From a virus (taxonomy: Duplodnaviria > Heunggongvirae > Uroviricota > Caudoviricetes), in the IMG/VR virus record IMGVR_UViG_3300029841_000009, positions 4,544 to 68,543 of that record: 64,000 nt of DNA. One strand, given 5' to 3'. Below, in pieces: positions 10,573 through 19,730 of this stretch. A program made the translations under genes and the position numbers. The notes under the pieces are model-generated. The model was not told the DNA's origin. It made no database searches and saw only the letters and a program-made list of their open reading frames with translations. The first letter of the stretch is position 1; every line of letters begins with the position of its first letter.

Positions 10573-10944
10573 ATGAACGACCAGCAAATCGAAAAAGAAA
10601 TCGTTGAGAAAGGCAAAACGGCACCGCGCGTTACGCCAGACCATATCGAAGGCATTATTGCTCAGGAGGCATATTTCACAGCAGAAGATGGTGCCTTTGG
10701 CAAAGCCATAAAAGAGAAACATACTGGCGGAGAGGTAAACTACCAGCCGCACGAATCACTTTCTCTGCTGACGTTCTGCGTCCTGGTGCTGCGCAACGGC
10801 TTCACCGTCACCGGAGAGAGCGCCTGTGCAAGCCCGGAAAACTTTGATGCGGAAATTGGTCGGAAGATTGCCCGGCAGAATGCTGTAAACAAAATCTGGA
10901 TGCTCGAAGGTTACTTGCTGAAGCAGAAGCTAAGCGAGCAATAA
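10573..10944 (+). CDS. Hypothetical moron protein (opposite orientation to the structural operon)
   Basis: 123-aa ORF with strong SD (AAGGTGAG) 4 nt upstream of the ATG; sits with the tRNA between TerL and portal on the opposite strand. Confidence 0.5.
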   Translation: MNDQQIEKEIVEKGKTAPRVTPDHIEGIIAQEAYFTAEDGAFGKAIKEKHTGGEVNYQPHESLSLLTFCVLVLRNGFTVTGESACASPENFDAEIGRKIARQNAVNKIWMLEGYLLKQKLSEQ

Positions 10945-11034
10945 CGCCGTGACATGTCACAATCAGCCAGCCTATGAGCTGGCTTTGTTTTATCCTCACC
11001 AGAGGATATCAGCAGCATTATCCCATCCAGCGGA

Positions 11035-12510
11035 TTAAGCATAGGGATCGTAATCTGTGATGGCTTTGCCTTGCTGGTTCTGCTGCCCGGGAATTCGCAG
11101 ACGCTTCGACACAGGGAACGCAAACGTCAGCAGTAGCGCATCGCCTTTACCAGGAGAACGCCCAAGTCGCTCTTTGATATCTTCCTTCGGTTCGATAACG
11201 ATTTTACCGTCCACGCGAACTTTGTACTCTGCCGTCGACAGGTCGTCCGCTGTTTCCTGGTCATCCAGCATGCCGCCGAGCCTCAGCCATGTCTTGCATG
11301 AGTTGAACATCTCCCCACGCTTGTTGAGCATCTGCGGGTCAGTAGACGCGCCACCGAACGGAACAAGTTGCCATGTACGACCCCAGCCGTCACCGATTGA
11401 CTTCAAACCGGTTCCGTAACCGAAGTCGATGAACACCGCGTCAGCCTGATACTGGTCTTCAAAGTCAGCGATACGCTTCGCCATAATCAGATCGTCGGTA
11501 GTCTTGTTGCCAGTCCACAGCACCTTACTGTGTAGCCCCTGCCGCAGGTATATCACCGCGTCATCAACGCCTGAATATGCCGGGTCAACACCGATTATCA
11601 CCGGAGCATGTGCAACCTGCGCAGCGGTTACCACCCGTTTCATTGCCTCGTCAGTAAGACCGGTAGGGATAAACTGCAATTCAGATGCATCAGGGAATAT
11701 GCCACGCACACGGATTTTAACGAAGTCGCTATCTTCCCCGTAGTCATCAACCCATTTCTGCAACTGCTGTTTGTTGGTGCCTTCCACCGTCCTGCTGTCA
11801 ATCTGCGCAGTTTTCCAGCGGTGTTTGTATTTGCGGAAACATTCACGGAAACGCCCGGTGTTACGTGTAGGGTTTCCGAAAGCCACCCAGATAATCTCAG
11901 TGTCTTCGTCCGTTAGCGCACCCTCGGCAACTTCCCACACCAGATCCGCAATGTTCGACGCTTCATCAAATACCACAATGATGCGTTTACGCTCGTTGTG
12001 TAGTCCGGCGAATGCCTCAGTGTTGTGCTCAGACCAGGGGATTGCGTCAGCTCGCCACCGCTTGTCGTGCCCAGGGTCATTGCTGTACATCGCGGTAGCG
12101 GTACAGGTAAACCAGTCTTTCGTGATAGCAAGGTTTGACCACTTGATAATTTCCGGCCAGGTCTTCGTTCGTAGCTGGTTGTCGGTGTTGGCGGTCACCA
12201 CGACCTTACAATCCTCGCAAGTGGACATGCCCCAGTTGATCAGCATTGAGATGAATGCGGATTTACCAATACCGTGACCAGAAGCACGTGCCAGCATAAG
12301 CGGCTGATATCGCGTCTCTGGATTCTGCAGGTGATCACGTATCTCTCGGAACGCATCAGCCTGCCACTGACGTGGGCCGGTGGCATGTGCCAGTTCAGTC
12401 CCCTCTTCCCCCCATGGGAACGCATAGAGGGCATAGCCAAGCGGATCGTGAGTGAACCCTGCAATATCCTCGATTAACTGCTCTTCAGGAGATAACGCTG
12501 TATCTGTCAC
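11035..12510 (-). CDS. Terminase large subunit
   Basis: 491 aa; Walker-A-like GHGIGKS near the N-terminus; directly downstream of TerS. Confidence 0.8.
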   Translation of the reverse strand: MTDTALSPEEQLIEDIAGFTHDPLGYALYAFPWGEEGTELAHATGPRQWQADAFREIRDHLQNPETRYQPLMLARASGHGIGKSAFISMLINWGMSTCEDCKVVVTANTDNQLRTKTWPEIIKWSNLAITKDWFTCTATAMYSNDPGHDKRWRADAIPWSEHNTEAFAGLHNERKRIIVVFDEASNIADLVWEVAEGALTDEDTEIIWVAFGNPTRNTGRFRECFRKYKHRWKTAQIDSRTVEGTNKQQLQKWVDDYGEDSDFVKIRVRGIFPDASELQFIPTGLTDEAMKRVVTAAQVAHAPVIIGVDPAYSGVDDAVIYLRQGLHSKVLWTGNKTTDDLIMAKRIADFEDQYQADAVFIDFGYGTGLKSIGDGWGRTWQLVPFGGASTDPQMLNKRGEMFNSCKTWLRLGGMLDDQETADDLSTAEYKVRVDGKIVIEPKEDIKERLGRSPGKGDALLLTFAFPVSKRLRIPGQQNQQGKAITDYDPYA

Positions 12511-13184
12511 TGATTGCCATCCTGACGTTCTTTCAGTCTCTTCCTGGCTGCCGCTATGCGATCAGCAATTGTCACATTCACATTAACATCCAGGCGTTCT
12601 TTGAATGCGTTGACGTCGACGTGCTTACCAATCAGTTCGAGGTTCTTCACCTTGTCAGGCCATTTAATTTTTTTGAGGATGCCAACCAGCTCTTTCTCGT
12701 CTCCACGGCCTTCGAACATGTCGGCCAGTTCGAAACCTGTCAGGTACTGCCGCCAGACCTTAGGCCATTCCGAGACCGGCTTGATGCTCATATCGTCGTT
12801 GAGAATGTCAATCACGTCCATCTGGTCGATCTCCACCAGGCGCATGAGAACGTAATCAGCACTGACGCGCATTCGTTTGTTGCGCTCCTCCATCAACTCG
12901 GCAATCCGTTTCTGAATGCGTTCATCGCGCATCATGACACTGGCTTTAACTGCCGCTGTATTTGGGGAGAATCCTGCATTAATCGCAGCCTGAGTCTGGT
13001 TTTCAGGCGTTTTGATGTATGACTGGCAATAAGCCTCCTGCATTGCTGTTAGTGGCTTAAATTGCGTTGATTTGCGTTTATAGGTTTTAGGTTCAGCAGG
13101 CATCATAACCACCGTGGTAATAGTTACCGTTGTGGTAATAGTACCATGCAAAATAAAGCCGCCATAGTTGGCGGCAGTATTCAA
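12507..13184 (-). CDS. Terminase small subunit (true start probably near 13106)
   Basis: Helical DNA-binding N-domain pattern (QEAYCQSYIKTPENQTQAAINAGFSPNTAAVKAS) of small terminases; the poly-Thr N-terminal extension in the ORF is probably untranslated. Confidence 0.65.
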   Translation of the reverse strand: MNTAANYGGFILHGTITTTVTITTVVMMPAEPKTYKRKSTQFKPLTAMQEAYCQSYIKTPENQTQAAINAGFSPNTAAVKASVMMRDERIQKRIAELMEERNKRMRVSADYVLMRLVEIDQMDVIDILNDDMSIKPVSEWPKVWRQYLTGFELADMFEGRGDEKELVGILKKIKWPDKVKNLELIGKHVDVNAFKERLDVNVNVTIADRIAAARKRLKERQDGNQ

Positions 13185-13224
13185 AACCCATCAAATTCAT
13201 CATGCATAACCCACTCGTGACATG

Positions 13225-13578
13225 TCACAATATTAATTTCGTTTCATGCCAGCCTTTAGTCACCCAGCATTGCGAGTCACCATTACACGGGCATGAATTC
13301 ACAGGAACTCTCTCGCCGCACTTACCGCAACGTTTTCTGCTGATCGATTTTATACGCCCGTGCACGCGCGCATCATCCTGGCGGATCAGTAACGCTATAT
13401 ACTCACCAAATTCGTAAGGCGCACGCCCGGGGCGACGTGTGGCACAGTTACGCTCCAGCATTTCAATTTCCTGAGCATCAAGCACAATCTCCAGCTTACG
13501 CACACCAGATGCAGCTTGTCTGGCTCTCTGAGCGGCTTTGCGCTCTGCTGCTGCCTTAGCCATTACCATATCCACCAA
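13225..13578 (-). CDS. Hypothetical protein with Cys-rich C-terminus
   Basis: 117-aa ORF upstream of TerS; CGKCG...CPC motif suggests zinc binding. Confidence 0.35.
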   Translation of the reverse strand: MVDMVMAKAAAERKAAQRARQAASGVRKLEIVLDAQEIEMLERNCATRRPGRAPYEFGEYIALLIRQDDARVHGRIKSISRKRCGKCGERVPVNSCPCNGDSQCWVTKGWHETKLIL

Positions 13579-13648
13579 ACTTCACCAGACATGATTCTCG
13601 CAATCACTATCATCACCAAAGTGATAATCACAACTTTAACTGGCGGCA

Positions 13649-14026
13649 TCATTCACCATCCTGCTCCGGCGGTTCTGGCAGCGGCATCCAGTGGGTTACC
13701 TCCTTGAGATACAGGTCTTCGCCACCACCGTCATCCCAAGTGGGCTTGCCATCATTAAACCAGTCGCCATATACGCCGACCTGAGTGTTGGGGATGCTTG
13801 GTGGGTAGTTGTTTTTAAAGTCAGCAGCTAACACATAGCATTGTCGCTCTCCCATTTCTGGCATTCGTTCACTACAGCTTATCCAACTCTCCGGAGTTAC
13901 CGGAGAGTTGCCAGCCTCATACGCCACACGCATCCAGTGCATAAGCGTTTCAGTGCTCACACAGCCGCAATCAACATCAATTTTGCCGTGCTGCTGTTCC
14001 AGCCATTGCTCAAGCGTAGTGCTCAT
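13649..14026 (-). CDS. DUF551-like protein
   Basis: C-terminal THWMPLPEPPE motif typical of lambdoid DUF551 proteins. Confidence 0.55.
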   Translation of the reverse strand: MSTTLEQWLEQQHGKIDVDCGCVSTETLMHWMRVAYEAGNSPVTPESWISCSERMPEMGERQCYVLAADFKNNYPPSIPNTQVGVYGDWFNDGKPTWDDGGGEDLYLKEVTHWMPLPEPPEQDGE

Positions 14027-14256
14027 TTTTCATCCCCCCGATGATGCCATCTGCATCGCATCTCATAACACCCCCACTCAACACGAAAACCACATAGCCT
14101 GTGCAGATCCACCCACTTCTGCGCCATCGCTGGCGACGTGTAAATCACAGTGAATGCGTTATCTTCGTTGTCGATTTGCGTAAACGTCACTTTGTACAAC
14201 AACCCACCGTCGACACATGCTGTGTTCAACGATTTATTGCTAATACCCTCAATCAT
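14023..14256 (-). CDS. Hypothetical protein
   Basis: 77-aa ORF coupled to neighbours. Confidence 0.35.
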   Translation of the reverse strand: MIEGISNKSLNTACVDGGLLYKVTFTQIDNEDNAFTVIYTSPAMAQKWVDLHRLCGFRVEWGCYEMRCRWHHRGDEK

Positions 14257-14900
14257 TCGTACTCACCCCCCGCTGTTTTGAATTTGATCTCCGCTGCCTG
14301 CAATGCGTGTTCGACGTCGAAGCGGTCCAGCCATCCACCAAAGTGGTGCGGCATCATTACCACCCGCTCACCGCTATTTATTGGGTGGCCCATACGGGGT
14401 TCGTAGCCGTCCGGTAACTCGACTTCCCGCGCTTCCAGTTCTGCTATGCGCTTCTCTGATGCTTCAAGTAACGCCTGCTTATCGCGTAGCGCTTCTTCCA
14501 GTTCAGCAACATGGCACTCACTATCAATAAGGTTGTTCTCTGCGGCTTCCAGCTCAACACGCAGCTTCCCTACCGTTAGCGCAATATCCTCGTTCTCTTG
14601 GTCGCGGCGTTTGATGTATTGCTGGTTTCTTTCCCGTTCATCCAACAATGCCAGCACGGTAACTGGATTGGCTGCGGCGATGAATTCAGCATTGGCCTGC
14701 TGTTCCATTTGGAAATCTTCATCGAAACCGCTTTCAGGATGCGCTCCTTCAATTCTGCAAATGGGAAGATATCCAACAACTTCACGATGAATTAGCGCAT
14801 CACCAGCATCAAATCTCTCCTCTCCATATTCTAGCGACCACACACCACACGTTGCTTTTTCTGCCTTAGCACGCAGTGCCTGGTAATTAATTTCGCTCAC
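14253..14900 (-). CDS. Ead/Ea22-like protein
   Basis: N-terminus MSEINYQALRAKAEKA and coiled-coil core LLDERERNQQYIKRRDQENEDIALTVGKLRVELEAAE, as in lambdoid Ead/Ea22 proteins. Confidence 0.55.
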   Translation of the reverse strand: MSEINYQALRAKAEKATCGVWSLEYGEERFDAGDALIHREVVGYLPICRIEGAHPESGFDEDFQMEQQANAEFIAAANPVTVLALLDERERNQQYIKRRDQENEDIALTVGKLRVELEAAENNLIDSECHVAELEEALRDKQALLEASEKRIAELEAREVELPDGYEPRMGHPINSGERVVMMPHHFGGWLDRFDVEHALQAAEIKFKTAGGEYE

Positions 14901-15137
14901 TGGCTGCCTCCTGCTTTTCTGCCTTCAACACCATGCGAGAACCATCATCCAGCTCCCACACTATCTCACCACCTTCAGCCATGACCAGTTGCCACACCAA
15001 TTGAGCAGCCTCATTGGTAACATCACGACCTGGATCATTGCCAACGCGCATACGTCCACCTTCAACATCGCGCATTTTTGCCAGCATGATAGTTTTTGAT
15101 AGCGGTGAAAAACCAAGCTGTAGTCGTGCTGAATTAC

Positions 15138-15764
15138 TCACTGGTTGCCTCCTTTGCGAAGCTGTTCCGCCCATTCTTCAAGGGATTTCTCCGCATATTC
15201 ACCGGACAGGCCATCAATCGGATGCGCTTCATTAACCAACTCTTCTTTCGCTGACAAAATCATGCGTGTAACGTCGAAAACTTCACGCAAAGACTTATTG
15301 ATAAATCCGTGATTGAACGCAGCAGCAAGACGGCTGGCGGTATAGTTAATCCCCTCGTTGCGTGCTTCCGCACGAATTTCAGCCAGAAAAGCATCGGTAG
15401 CTGGAGTTTCGCTGTGGTGTAGGGCATCATTGATAATCATTGCAGCAACACCAGCCTGCCCTGCATCCGTGACCGACACATGCTCAAGAGTTACGGCCAT
15501 TGCGTGTTTCAGTCCGTCGTTCTCCACCACCAGCGCAGCGAGATTAGTCTCATACTCCGCAATTCGGCACATAGCATCGATATTTGTGTCCTCCAGCCGC
15601 TTAATTTCATCCAGTAGCGCCAGCACAACCTGCGGTGTGACCTTCATACGAAACGCGAGCAATTTTTGCGGCGTTGCCACGACTTTTATTGCTTCTGCTG
15701 CCTCACGCAGTGCCTGGTAATTAATTTCGCTCACTGGTTGCCTCCTGAATACGCTTAAACTCAA
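15138..15764 (-). CDS. Ead/Ea22-like protein (paralog)
   Basis: Contains SEINYQALREAAEA; its 3' ~250 bp is near-identical to 63750-64000. Confidence 0.5.
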   Translation of the reverse strand: MSLSVFRRQPVSEINYQALREAAEAIKVVATPQKLLAFRMKVTPQVVLALLDEIKRLEDTNIDAMCRIAEYETNLAALVVENDGLKHAMAVTLEHVSVTDAGQAGVAAMIINDALHHSETPATDAFLAEIRAEARNEGINYTASRLAAAFNHGFINKSLREVFDVTRMILSAKEELVNEAHPIDGLSGEYAEKSLEEWAEQLRKGGNQ

Positions 15765-16491
15765 TTACCCATACCCACGGGTTAGATAGCCAGTTCTCTT
15801 GCCCGTAAATACCGCGCCAGATATCACCAAAGCCAACGCGATAAACAGCTTCCGGCGGTGTAATCTTGTACGTCGCCGGAGATGCGCCTTCCGCTTTAGC
15901 ATCTGCCTCGCTCATGTCATGCAGCCGTTCCACACGCACGTCGGTAATTTCCAGCAAAATACGCGAAGCCCAGCGCGGCATGTGAATTGATGGACACCAC
16001 CCGCCATCAAACTTTTCATTCACAGTGTGAGGTTTCCAGTCGGCATCATCGGGTATCGACCACAGGCCGTAATCACCAGGCTTTTGCTCGCAACTGGCCC
16101 GATAAATCCTTGCTGCGTTCTTCTCATCGCCACGACAAAGGTTGTCGTTCCAGTCCACACTGCAACCATCCTCATTGCCTAATATCGCCCACGCTTCACG
16201 GACCCATATGCGATCACCAACGTTACCGAACGGACATAAACCATGTTCAGGTGCATCCATAACGTGGGTATAGACACCATTGCGTTTCTTTGTCGGTTTA
16301 CGGATAACCAGGCAGTTATCGGCCCTGACATTTTTTACAGGTCGGCGAGTCTGCGTCTTCCTGCCTTCGAGGATGGCCCTGACCATCGCATCATTAAAAA
16401 TCATGCCGCGCTCTTTCATCTTGCTCACTTCAACTCCTCCCGACGACGTTCCTGAAGCTCTAGCATTGCTGCTCGGAAATCCTGCCACCAT
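15721..16491 (-). CDS. Hypothetical phage protein (probable start at internal MKERGMIFNDAMVRAILEGRKTQTRR)
   Basis: 256-aa ORF; the conserved-looking segment starts about 24 codons in. Confidence 0.4.
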   Translation of the reverse strand: MVAGFPSSNARASGTSSGGVEVSKMKERGMIFNDAMVRAILEGRKTQTRRPVKNVRADNCLVIRKPTKKRNGVYTHVMDAPEHGLCPFGNVGDRIWVREAWAILGNEDGCSVDWNDNLCRGDEKNAARIYRASCEQKPGDYGLWSIPDDADWKPHTVNEKFDGGWCPSIHMPRWASRILLEITDVRVERLHDMSEADAKAEGASPATYKITPPEAVYRVGFGDIWRGIYGQENWLSNPWVWVIEFKRIQEATSERN

Positions 16492-16790
16492 TCCTCATCT
16501 GCAACGGGGGTGTTCCGCTCCAGCACCTTGTCCGCATCGGAGATCAGGTTTGCCAGACTCTTGTCTGAAATCTTCGTTACCGGAGTCGTTGGTTGCTCAA
16601 CCTGCCCGATAGGTTTTATCGTGCTCAAAAGGAGGCGACGGCGGGAAAGTGGTGCCCCACAACGACGGCCATCTTCCTTGCGATATGTTTCTTTCGGACC
16701 AACACACCAGGTTGTCGGCGTCTCGCGCAACTTCACTTTTTTCTCACCATCATTGGTAATGATTATTCCGGTATGGGTTTTGATGCTCAT
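16425..16790 (-). CDS. Hypothetical protein
   Basis: 121-aa ORF, charged. Confidence 0.35.
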   Translation of the reverse strand: MSIKTHTGIIITNDGEKKVKLRETPTTWCVGPKETYRKEDGRRCGAPLSRRRLLLSTIKPIGQVEQPTTPVTKISDKSLANLISDADKVLERNTPVADEEWWQDFRAAMLELQERRREELK

Positions 16791-17089
16791 GCCACAGCCC
16801 CTCTCAACGGCTTAACTTTGGCTAATAAGGTGTTAAACAACATGGAGTTAGGATTCATGCCAAATGGCAATTCCGGTTTAGCGGAGTAGTACAGGCAACC
16901 ATTTATTTTCCTGGTTGTTATCTGTCCTTCGGCAACCATGCTTCTCAGTCTGCAACGCATAGAGTTCTGCGACACACCAATGTGCTCCGCGATTACGTCC
17001 ACTTTTGAACATGGGTGATCGGTCAGGAAATTAATCACATCTTGGGGGTTAATAATTTTGCGTTTCATTGTCGAGGCGTCCTTATACAT
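16787..17089 (-). CDS. Putative DNA-binding protein (probable start at MKRKIINPQD, about 17068)
   Basis: Helix-turn-helix-like segment; AT-rich iteron lies just upstream. Confidence 0.4.
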   Translation of the reverse strand: MYKDASTMKRKIINPQDVINFLTDHPCSKVDVIAEHIGVSQNSMRCRLRSMVAEGQITTRKINGCLYYSAKPELPFGMNPNSMLFNTLLAKVKPLRGAVA

Positions 17090-17117
17090 TTATATAAATA
17101 TATAATTCTATATACGG
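17084..17117. repeat. AT-rich iteron (TATATAAAT..TATAATTCTATATA family)
   Basis: Shares the TATAAAT / TATAATT core with seven other copies in the window. Confidence 0.5.
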
Positions 17118-17145
17118 CGGGAGACATCCCGCCGTAGGCTTACTG

Positions 17146-18213
17146 TCAGGCTTTCAATAGCGATTCTTTCAGATATCGGGCATCAGCCAGGGCATTTGGA
17201 GTAATCTTGCGAACCCATGCATTACGGGTTGGACTCCACTTAAAGGCGCGTGATTTAAGCAGCGAACGAATGTTTGCCTCTGGTTTGCCAGGGAAATAAA
17301 ACAGGATGCGGTTATCCTCTGGATCTATCTCCATAGAAAAGTCGTCGTATTCTTCGCGCTGTGCTCCTGTTACAGACTTGACCGATTCAAGCTCCTTAAT
17401 ACGGCTCTGTAGTCGTTTGATCTCGGCGTTATTGTTGCTCAGTGCGTATGAAGGGAATCCGATGTGCCCACAGAAATCTCCGGCCAGTAACTCTTTGGCT
17501 TCGCTTTCTGTAAACCTGAGATCGATTAATGCAGAAAGCTGCTGTAATTGGTCTTTTTTGTATTTGCGAATGGCCTTATTTGCGGCCTTCATTTTGACGT
17601 GTGACTTCATGCAGCCTTGCAGCTTACGAAGCAACTTAAATAGCGCATCAGGATCATCAGACGAAATTCCATTACGACCAACACCTGCGGCTTTGCTCTC
17701 GTAGTGTGATGCTTTACTTTCGCATTCAACAAACGCTTTTCTTAATAACGCATCAGCTTTAGACAAACGGCGGCGATGGCCTTTCGCGCTATAATGGTCA
17801 ACTAAAATCGGCTGGCCTAACGGGATCACATCCAACAGGTCATGCGCTCGCTTATGCGCTACCGCACCTTCTTTTCTGGCTTTTTCTGCACGAGCAATAT
17901 ATCGGGCAAGACGCGCGTTCTGGCGTTCCTGATAGGTGTTTACGTAATCATCTCCGCGCTGCTGCTGTTCAAGCCATGCTTTGCGCAGATCTTCTGTTAC
18001 GTCCACCAGCTCCGCAGGGATACAACCAGTTTGGGCTTCATAAGAGTAACCATCCTCATAGATACGCCCATCATCTTCAACAAAGAAAAAGGTTTCGTGC
18101 TCATCGCTTTTGACCATACGACCATTAACATGGCGTAATAGGTAGCCAGTATCAGTGCTTAACAGGCTGTTAGGGTTGTTGATCCAGTCAGAAATAATTA
18201 CTTGTTTATTCAT
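17146..18213 (-). CDS. DUF3560-like protein
   Basis: 355 aa; central IPLGQPILVDHYSAKGHRRRLSKAD segment typical of DUF3560. Confidence 0.5.
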   Translation of the reverse strand: MNKQVIISDWINNPNSLLSTDTGYLLRHVNGRMVKSDEHETFFFVEDDGRIYEDGYSYEAQTGCIPAELVDVTEDLRKAWLEQQQRGDDYVNTYQERQNARLARYIARAEKARKEGAVAHKRAHDLLDVIPLGQPILVDHYSAKGHRRRLSKADALLRKAFVECESKASHYESKAAGVGRNGISSDDPDALFKLLRKLQGCMKSHVKMKAANKAIRKYKKDQLQQLSALIDLRFTESEAKELLAGDFCGHIGFPSYALSNNNAEIKRLQSRIKELESVKSVTGAQREEYDDFSMEIDPEDNRILFYFPGKPEANIRSLLKSRAFKWSPTRNAWVRKITPNALADARYLKESLLKA

Positions 18214-18335
18214 CAGATTTCTCCGGTTTAACCAGGGCGGGTATCGCTCGGTTTCGGGTATAACCTTAGGAAATTTTTTCCCACCTGTAAAGCACTTTTT
18301 ATATAAATCTATAATTATATATTTATAGATTTTCG
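18214..18335 (-). promoter_or_regulatory. Conserved promoter-leader cassette, copy 1
   Basis: AT-rich iteron, then -35 TTTACA, 17 bp, -10 TAAGGT, about 50-nt leader with GGAG SD; near-identical copies at 28215-28333 and 58794-58911. Confidence 0.5.
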
Positions 18336-18382
18336 ATGTTCCCGATGTCTACACACCATCAAAACAGCTCAAAATGACACTT

Positions 18383-18760
18383 TTACTCTCTTCGCTTTTT
18401 CAAATAGTCGACAACATACGCCCTGGCTTTTGCCAGCTTCCGGCGATACTGTCTGAGGCTAAGAGAAAGGGCGTGGGCTTTATCAATATGCGGTGCATTT
18501 ATGTCGAGGCCCCGAATCTCCCACGCCCCGTATTCAATTCGGACAACCAGCGCCGCAGTCTCATCAACTACCGTGAGGGCCGTCACCGCTCCCTCTATAC
18601 TGGTTTCCAGTGAGTCATTTGGTGCGCCGCCCCCTCCGGTAAACTGGCAGCGCGTAACCATCATCATTTCTAACATCGACGCGAAACCGCTACGGGCGTT
18701 GCAGCCATTGCGCACCCACAGCGCCCATAGCTCAAACAAGCTATCCAGATCGCGTCTCAC
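18383..18760 (-). CDS. Candidate late-gene antiterminator (Q-like), low confidence
   Basis: 125 aa; N-terminal MRRDLDSLFELWALW resembles the start of 82-type Q proteins; sits immediately upstream of the promoter cassette. Confidence 0.3.
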   Translation of the reverse strand: MRRDLDSLFELWALWVRNGCNARSGFASMLEMMMVTRCQFTGGGGAPNDSLETSIEGAVTALTVVDETAALVVRIEYGAWEIRGLDINAPHIDKAHALSLSLRQYRRKLAKARAYVVDYLKKRRE

Positions 18761-18763
18761 TGT

Positions 18764-19096
18764 TCAGATCTCCCGTATCGTGACGGGATAAAGCGCCTCT
18801 ACCTGCTTTTTCTTCATGATGTAGACGTCTGTTCGCACACCTTTAGTGTCGACACAATCAATCGTCCCATCGTCATAAAACACCATGAAATCAAGTTTAT
18901 AAACGACACCACCTGGCAGATGAAAAGGCACCTGCATAAGAAACGTCACAACGCGGCCAGCTTTTCTCAGTAGCTTCAGTTCGCAGTAGTAATCAGCCTC
19001 TTTTTTGCTATCAAAAGAGATATCATCGACAACAGTTTTTTTATTGCCGTATTTGCTTTTCCTGGTCGCTGGTTTGCGAAAGCCGGTATATCTCAT
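18764..19096 (-). CDS. DUF1064-like protein
   Basis: MRYTGFRKP...KSKYGNKKTVVDDISFDSKKEADYYCELKLL matches the DUF1064 pattern. Confidence 0.55.
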   Translation of the reverse strand: MRYTGFRKPATRKSKYGNKKTVVDDISFDSKKEADYYCELKLLRKAGRVVTFLMQVPFHLPGGVVYKLDFMVFYDDGTIDCVDTKGVRTDVYIMKKKQVEALYPVTIREI

Positions 19097-19497
19097 TTGG
19101 TATCCCCTGGTACTTCACCAAGACTAAGATCAAACCCAATTTCGTCTTTAACTGACTGCGGCAACAGCTCCCACGTCTGCGCACACAAAAATTCATCGGT
19201 GCCATAACGCTCAACAAAGCGAGCACAATTACTCAGGGGAGGGTGACGAACGGCAATATGCGGAGGCACGCGCCCACCACCAGGCACAACACCGCGATGA
19301 TGTGGTGCGCACAACCCAAAGCTATGGAAGTGGCAATTCTCATCAACGCTGCCGTAATCAGGATCGTGATGTAGCTCCGTCCACAGCTCTGGATTCTCAA
19401 TTTCACGGCCATCAATAATGCAAGCTATGCAACCCACGTGAGTGAGCACCGCTTGTATATAAAGTTTCTCTTTCTTCGTTGGTGTACGTCCGTTCAT
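19093..19497 (-). CDS. Ref-like HNH nuclease (recombination enhancement function family)
   Basis: GCIACIIDG...ELHHDPDYGSVDENCHFHSFGLCAPHHRG: His/Cys-rich HNH-like motif as in P1 Ref-type proteins. Confidence 0.45.
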   Translation of the reverse strand: MNGRTPTKKEKLYIQAVLTHVGCIACIIDGREIENPELWTELHHDPDYGSVDENCHFHSFGLCAPHHRGVVPGGGRVPPHIAVRHPPLSNCARFVERYGTDEFLCAQTWELLPQSVKDEIGFDLSLGEVPGDTK

Positions 19498-19730
19498 CAG
19501 CGCCCCTTACCATTGATAAAGAGGTTGAACTCGTTGATTAACTGGACATACATGCTTCTGGCCGCGTAGTTCTTTGCCAGCTCTTTACGGGATGAGATCC
19601 CGCAAAACTCACGCAGAATCACAGAGGCCTCAGAACTGTTTGAAACGTTCTTCCCTGTTTTACTGGTCAGAAAGCGCCAGAATTGGGGATTCTGGCAATG
19701 CATCGCAGCACCGCGAACATAACTACTCAT
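19497..19730 (-). CDS. Hypothetical protein
   Basis: 77-aa ORF, coupled. Confidence 0.35.
   Translation of the reverse strand: MSSYVRGAAMHCQNPQFWRFLTSKTGKNVSNSSEASVILREFCGISSRKELAKNYAARSMYVQLINEFNLFINGKGR

Noticed and set aside
14887-15174. 95-aa ORF overlapping the junction of the two Ead-like genes
   Set aside because: Overlaps the 3' end of 15138-15764 and the 5' end of 14253-14900 in another frame; likely not translated.
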